11,891 bases of DNA from Planctomycetota bacterium (GTDB lineage Bacteria; Planctomycetota; GCA-002687715; DRQF01), in assembly GCA_027001995.1 (NCBI GenBank), contig JALTLO010000200.1, positions 1 through 11,891 of the forward strand, given 5' to 3'. Position numbers and translations under genes: made by a program. This document shows positions 7,297-11,891 of the stretch, in pieces. Numbering within the stretch: the first letter of the stretch is position 1; every line of letters begins with the position of its first letter. The notes beneath the pieces are model-generated. The model was not told where the DNA came from, ran no database searches, and saw only the letters and a list, made by a program, of their open reading frames with translations.

Positions 7297-10257
7297 TTAG
7301 TCAAGGGAGTATAGATGCGTGCCGACAGTCTTCAAGAACACATCCATCAATTTCTTGTCGAAAGTTGGTTTATTTCGCACCGTTTCCAGTTCTTTGGCCA
7401 ATAATGCCAGATTTGTTGGGTTGGCCTCCTTGGGCCACGCCACTTTCTTGTTCTTTGTGAGAGCAAACAAGAGCCCAGCTATTTTCTCAGCGGCAGCTGG
7501 ATTCGTTTTGAGTACCCCCAAGGACCTTGTTGCTGCCAAGCAGACCAGCTCTTCCTTGTTGGTCTTGGCAACCGATTCTTCGTTTTCAGAAATCGAACCT
7601 TCCAAACGTGCCCGCAAGACAGATTCGAGAGCATCCCGCAGTTTGATTTTGCGGGTGATTTCAACTTTGAGTTCTTGAGGAGTGTCTTTGGGCATGACAT
7701 CGAGAGACTTGGGCCAATCTGCCACATTGGAAGAAAGGGCCGATGCCACAACTCGGAGCCAAACCAAAGTCACAGGGGCTTGGCGTTTCCACTGCTCAGA
7801 AAGGCCACGAAGACGCATCAAGGCCGGGTCTCCAGGAGTGGAAAAACAGCTGATGGCCAAGTCAAGAAAGACACCATCGGCCTGGAGGCGACGTTCCTTG
7901 TCGACCTGATCTAGAGCTTGGCGAGCTTTGGTGACGTTCCCGTCCAGCAATTGGATCCGCGACAGCCTTATTAAGGATGCCATACGGGCTTCAGCTTTCA
8001 GCGCTTCTTTATCCTTGAGACAGGCCTCCAAATCGGTGATGGCAATCTGATTGAATTCATGACGCCTGCTCGCCCAAACAAGTGCCAGTCTTTCTGCCAA
8101 AGCGGCTCGTCCAAGCCGCAACCTGATGTCAGCCTCGGCGTTCTCCACCAGCAGATTGCGCCGATCCAAGGTGTTCTGCCACAAAACCTCGTTCTTGCCG
8201 GTCAAACACCAGTTTTCGTGTTCCAATCGCATCTCTTCGATTGCAAGTGGCTTGGGTAGTGAGGGCATTTTTTCCGCCGCATCCAAAGCAAACCTTCCAG
8301 TAGAAGCTGCTTTTTCAGGATGCTTGGCTGCCAACGAGCGGCAAGCGCGCCAGATATTTGACAAATCGCGGTCCCATGTCCCCTTCGCCTCAACCAAATT
8401 GACAACCATGTCACGCAGTTGACCCCATTGGGGTTGTCCCTCGGCATTCTCATTCTTGCCTAACCAATCGATCAAGTCTGGAACAACAGCCTCACAAGGA
8501 ATCTTGATCAATGGGGTGAGGAGCCCGTCGGAATCCGCCAAGATCTTGCTCGATAGAACTTTGCGCACCAAATCCAGGGCAAGGGGCCGTTGCAGAGCAT
8601 AATCATCGCCCGCAACCGTGAGACTTAAGAGTACAATGGCTAAACGAGCGGATGTCTTCACCTCCACTGTTGCGAAATCGAGGGACAAGATCTTTCCAAG
8701 AGATTCCGGAGAGAGCGTTTCTTTGTTCTTGCCGACGATGACCTCCATGGCTTCCAACATGCGAATCAAAGCGCCCTGATCCTTTTCTGTGGAAGCCGCC
8801 GTGGCCAGTTGAGTTACGATTTTCTCGTCGACCGCTGACTTGTCAACGCTCAGGACAACCGCAGCGATTCCCCGTACCTCCCCATCCTCATCCGCGAGAG
8901 CCTCCCCAACCAAGTCAATGCCCACACCAACTTTTTGAGCCAATTTGATGACAGCTATTCGAACTTGTCGCCACTCCGGGCTGGCGAGACGATCAGCGGA
9001 ACGACTGAGTTGGTAGATTTTTCTGAGTCGACTTTCCTGGCCGACGAATCCGATGTCTCCCGCAGCTTGGAGCCTGGCACTCCAGGTCTCCGCGACATCC
9101 CCTTTTCTGGGCTCGAAAATAGCTGTGACCAATTGATCCTTTTCATCAGGTGTGGCTTTGCGTCCTAGATACCCCGCTGCCTGAAGAATGTCGCGATAGA
9201 GGGCCTCGCTCCCAGGGCCTCTTGCTTGCGGTTGGCTCAGCCCCGTGACCAAGTCCTTAATAGCCAAGGATCGACGCTCAGGAGTCATCGCAGCCGCCAT
9301 CCCTTTCAGGGTCAGGAGTGCCATCTGGCGCAGGGTGCGATCTGTTTCCAATATGAATCGTGTTGGTGGCACGTTGTCGGACCGCATCCTTTTGATGAGG
9401 TCAGCAACTTCGTTTCTGCGGGCTTCCTTGAGTTTGCTATTTTCTTCTTTGTAGTAAATCAATTGGCGACGATAAATCTGCGCCAAAGACAGCCGATTCT
9501 CTGGGGACCAATCATCCTTGCAAGCATTCAACCAAGCTTCCCAGCTGGCCAAATCTGGAAAGTCGTGAAATCCACCGACGAGAATCTTGAGGTTATTGGC
9601 AATGACGCGAGCTCGATTCGAATCACCAGTCGGTATTTTCTTCCAAATGCCAAAAAGTCGGCGAATGACAACGAGGCGCTCCGAATCCTCTGAGCGATCT
9701 TTCTCGTTGCGTTGCGAAACTACGAGTCGAGGCAATAGGGCTACAGCATTTGCGAACTTGAGTCGCGACTCTTCGGAGTCGCTCCTGAGTTCGCCCTCGA
9801 TTAAAACTGCGATGTCCGAAAAAATTGAGTTTTTGCGATGAAAATTGCTCAGAGTAAATCGACGGATGTTCTCGCTCGAATCGAGGAAGCGCCCACTGAC
9901 CAAGGCCCTGAGAATAAATGGAATCGTCGCCCTTTCGTTTTTCTCTCCCATCACCAAGGAGACCGCAGTCAAGACGTTAGCCGGAAGATTGTCGTCTTTG
10001 AGCAATTCAATCAGGCGGGGACGATTCTCAGCATTATCGTAGATCTTGAGGACAATGAGACGAAGTACGTAGTAGGGTTCCCGGTTCTTCTTAAGTTCTT
10101 CAATCGGATCTTCTGTTGCCTGAGTTTTTGCCACCTTGTTCATGGCTCTTGGCTGTTCGGATTTCGGAGCAGCCGCGTTTTGGGCATAGGCGGGCGAGGC
10201 CCCAAGAAAGACTCCCAGGGCAAGGAGGACGAGAACGCAAGAAGACTTGTTCGACAT
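7297..10257 (-). CDS. Large exported alpha-solenoid protein (HEAT-like repeats, C-terminal TPR-like repeats)
   Basis: 986 aa. Signal peptide ending AYA/Q. Leu/Ala-rich amphipathic helices. HEAT-like ALADEDGEVRGIAAVVL and ASTEKDQGALIRMLEAM; TPR-like LIRLSRIQLLDGNVTKARQALDQV. Confidence 0.75.
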   Translation of the reverse strand: MSNKSSCVLVLLALGVFLGASPAYAQNAAAPKSEQPRAMNKVAKTQATEDPIEELKKNREPYYVLRLIVLKIYDNAENRPRLIELLKDDNLPANVLTAVSLVMGEKNERATIPFILRALVSGRFLDSSENIRRFTLSNFHRKNSIFSDIAVLIEGELRSDSEESRLKFANAVALLPRLVVSQRNEKDRSEDSERLVVIRRLFGIWKKIPTGDSNRARVIANNLKILVGGFHDFPDLASWEAWLNACKDDWSPENRLSLAQIYRRQLIYYKEENSKLKEARRNEVADLIKRMRSDNVPPTRFILETDRTLRQMALLTLKGMAAAMTPERRSLAIKDLVTGLSQPQARGPGSEALYRDILQAAGYLGRKATPDEKDQLVTAIFEPRKGDVAETWSARLQAAGDIGFVGQESRLRKIYQLSRSADRLASPEWRQVRIAVIKLAQKVGVGIDLVGEALADEDGEVRGIAAVVLSVDKSAVDEKIVTQLATAASTEKDQGALIRMLEAMEVIVGKNKETLSPESLGKILSLDFATVEVKTSARLAIVLLSLTVAGDDYALQRPLALDLVRKVLSSKILADSDGLLTPLIKIPCEAVVPDLIDWLGKNENAEGQPQWGQLRDMVVNLVEAKGTWDRDLSNIWRACRSLAAKHPEKAASTGRFALDAAEKMPSLPKPLAIEEMRLEHENWCLTGKNEVLWQNTLDRRNLLVENAEADIRLRLGRAALAERLALVWASRRHEFNQIAITDLEACLKDKEALKAEARMASLIRLSRIQLLDGNVTKARQALDQVDKERRLQADGVFLDLAISCFSTPGDPALMRLRGLSEQWKRQAPVTLVWLRVVASALSSNVADWPKSLDVMPKDTPQELKVEITRKIKLRDALESVLRARLEGSISENEESVAKTNKEELVCLAATRSLGVLKTNPAAAEKIAGLLFALTKNKKVAWPKEANPTNLALLAKELETVRNKPTFDKKLMDVFLKTVGTHLYSLD
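7308..7335 (-). promoter_or_regulatory. Sigma70-type promoter for tRNA-fMet, embedded in the 3' end of the upstream CDS
   Basis: - strand TTGAAG (7335-7330), 16-nt spacer, TATACT (7313-7308). The -10 box ends 15 nt before the mature tRNA 5' end. Confidence 0.65.
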
Positions 10258-10577
10258 GTTCTTTTACCGCTGTTGAGACACGAGAAGATCTTCGAATAAC
10301 GAGATTCTGGAATCTTCACTCCAAATCATTGATTCTTGGGCACCGCGCCCCATGGATTTCGATGAAACCAGGATTGTTGATTGCAAGAGCTCTTGATCAC
10401 TTGCCAACGTTATAGGGAGCTGCGGATTTTGACTGCGATCCCTTATTCAAGGTAAAGCGATCAAACGAGTACCACATGAGCACGCTCACGATGGACCTTT
10501 ATTATAGAAGTAACGAGGGCTAACCCTGAGTGACCAACTATTTATACGAATTTCATCGTCAAATCACAGGAAAGAAT

Positions 10578-11489
10578 TCATCTGTTGTGCTTGGTGGGAA
10601 TTCCATCCAGACACAGGCGAATTGCTTCCATTTTAGTCAGGTCGCAGCCAGATTTCTCTCGCGCCAGTTCCAAAGCCGCTAGGGAAAGAGCACGATAGAC
10701 CTCCAAACTCGCCGGGGCCGGGGAAATGGCTTCCAGATGGGTTTGGATCGCGGACAGGTCCTGACGCTCGATGGGCCCCGTCAAAGCTTCTTTGGCTCCC
10801 TTATCCCGGTAGGAATCAACGGCGGATTGAGCCAAACTGGCGATGACATCTCTCGGGCAAGGGATCTTCGGGGCCCCACGAGTGAGTTCTTTCTCAGCGG
10901 TATAAAGGAGTGCGACAACAAGATTCGTCGCCATAGTTGCACTCCCGTGATAGGCTCCCTTGCCTCTTGAGGGTATTTCCATCACTTCCCCCCCAGCCGA
11001 GGCAAATAGGGAAGTGATCCCCTCGGCTTCAGAAGAGCCCTCCTCCAGGCCACAGAACACGCCCCTGAGGGATTTTCCGTCAGTTTCGTGTTGAGCAAAT
11101 GCACGTAAGGGATGGATAGCCGCGCCACCGTATCCCAATCGTTCTAACGGGGACAATACGTCTTTCGAAAGGCTCCCCGATAGATGGAGGGCACAGCGCA
11201 CCTCGTGGGTCGTTTCCAGCTTCGGGCATTGGCTCATTCTGAAAACAAGTTCCCCCATGGCATGGTCCCCGGGAGCGAGAATAAGGAGATTGGCCCTGGC
11301 TTCTTGCCATTCGTTCCAAGTCAACAGCCGAAAACCCAAGCAAGAGGCGCTCGGGCGCCCAGCCCGATCTGGATTTGGGGTCCAAACACCCTGGCAGGTC
11401 AAGCCTTGGGCCATCAAAGCATGGGCAACGGAAACCCCAGCACGGGATAATCCGAAGAGGACAAAACTCTTGATATCAGAAGGGATCAG
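10578..11489 (-). CDS. Rossmann-like + DUF2520 domain oxidoreductase (family containing the PanG-type ketopantoate reductase); start extended to the CTG at 11489
   Basis: Motifs [48 protein letters not shown]. The dinucleotide-binding beta1-alphaA segment ([17 protein letters not shown]) lies in frame upstream of the ORF-track start at 11417. Confidence 0.85.
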   Translation of the reverse strand: MIPSDIKSFVLFGLSRAGVSVAHALMAQGLTCQGVWTPNPDRAGRPSASCLGFRLLTWNEWQEARANLLILAPGDHAMGELVFRMSQCPKLETTHEVRCALHLSGSLSKDVLSPLERLGYGGAAIHPLRAFAQHETDGKSLRGVFCGLEEGSSEAEGITSLFASAGGEVMEIPSRGKGAYHGSATMATNLVVALLYTAEKELTRGAPKIPCPRDVIASLAQSAVDSYRDKGAKEALTGPIERQDLSAIQTHLEAISPAPASLEVYRALSLAALELAREKSGCDLTKMEAIRLCLDGIPTKHNR

Positions 11490-11891
11490 TTGTCTGCCTC
11501 CAGAGTGCGATCATGGCACCTGTCGTCGTTCGGTGTCGCCTGGCGGTCCAGATCGGAAGATGGGTCATCCTCAAAGCGATGGTCGCTACGCTCAACTTCT
11601 TGATGAAATGCTCGCATAATCGAATCATGAACAAGCTGGCGCATATGCTGATTGATTGGGTGGGCAATATCGACGAACAGTCGACTAGGTGATGGTCCTT
11701 GGTTCCGTCCCCCGCGGTTCTTGAGAGCGATGCCGCATTCATTGCAAAAACGAGCGCGAAGATGATTCTTGTTGCTGCACTGAGTGCAGCGAGCAGTCAC
11801 TCGTCGCGACGGCATGGCGACAAAAAGTCCCCTCACACCTTCAATAATCTTGATGTCTCGAACAACGTATTCATCGTCAAAGGTGATGGAG
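11486..11891 (-). CDS. spoVG: SpoVG-family nucleic-acid-binding protein with Zn-ribbon insertion; 5' end lies outside the window
   Basis: The frame is open to the window edge and reads [29 protein letters not shown]...FVDIAHPIN, which are SpoVG signatures. CTQC-x10-CNEC is inserted between them. Confidence 0.92.
   Translation of the reverse strand, partial: SITFDDEYVVRDIKIIEGVRGLFVAMPSRRVTARCTQCSNKNHLRARFCNECGIALKNRGGRNQGPSPSRLFVDIAHPINQHMRQLVHDSIMRAFHQEVERSDHRFEDDPSSDLDRQATPNDDRCHDRTLEADN

Overview
Chromosomal window of about 50% GC, most likely from a Planctomycetota-type bacterium (inferred from a Zn-ribbon-containing SpoVG, a large exported HEAT/TPR protein and a DUF1800/DUF1501 pair). 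The + strand holds the 3' end of an SNF2-family helicase gene. Everything else is on the - strand, read right to left: partial spoVG, a Rossmann-like/DUF2520 oxidoreductase, a 986-aa exported HEAT/TPR protein, initiator tRNA-fMet with a terminator, a ferritin-like diiron protein, a secreted metallo-beta-lactamase-fold protein with a terminator, DUF1800, DUF1501 and efp. I see no mobile element, CRISPR array or clear defence system. The best second-look items are: (1) a probable CTG start codon overlapping the spoVG stop (CTGA coupling); (2) a tRNA-fMet promoter inside the last codons of the upstream CDS; (3) a structured, possibly switch-like ~170-nt leader before the MBL-fold gene, plus a separate three-way-junction element in the same intergenic region; (4) two uncharacterised metalloenzymes with non-canonical ligand motifs. 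All structure and promoter calls were made by eye, and none of this is established as a novel system.
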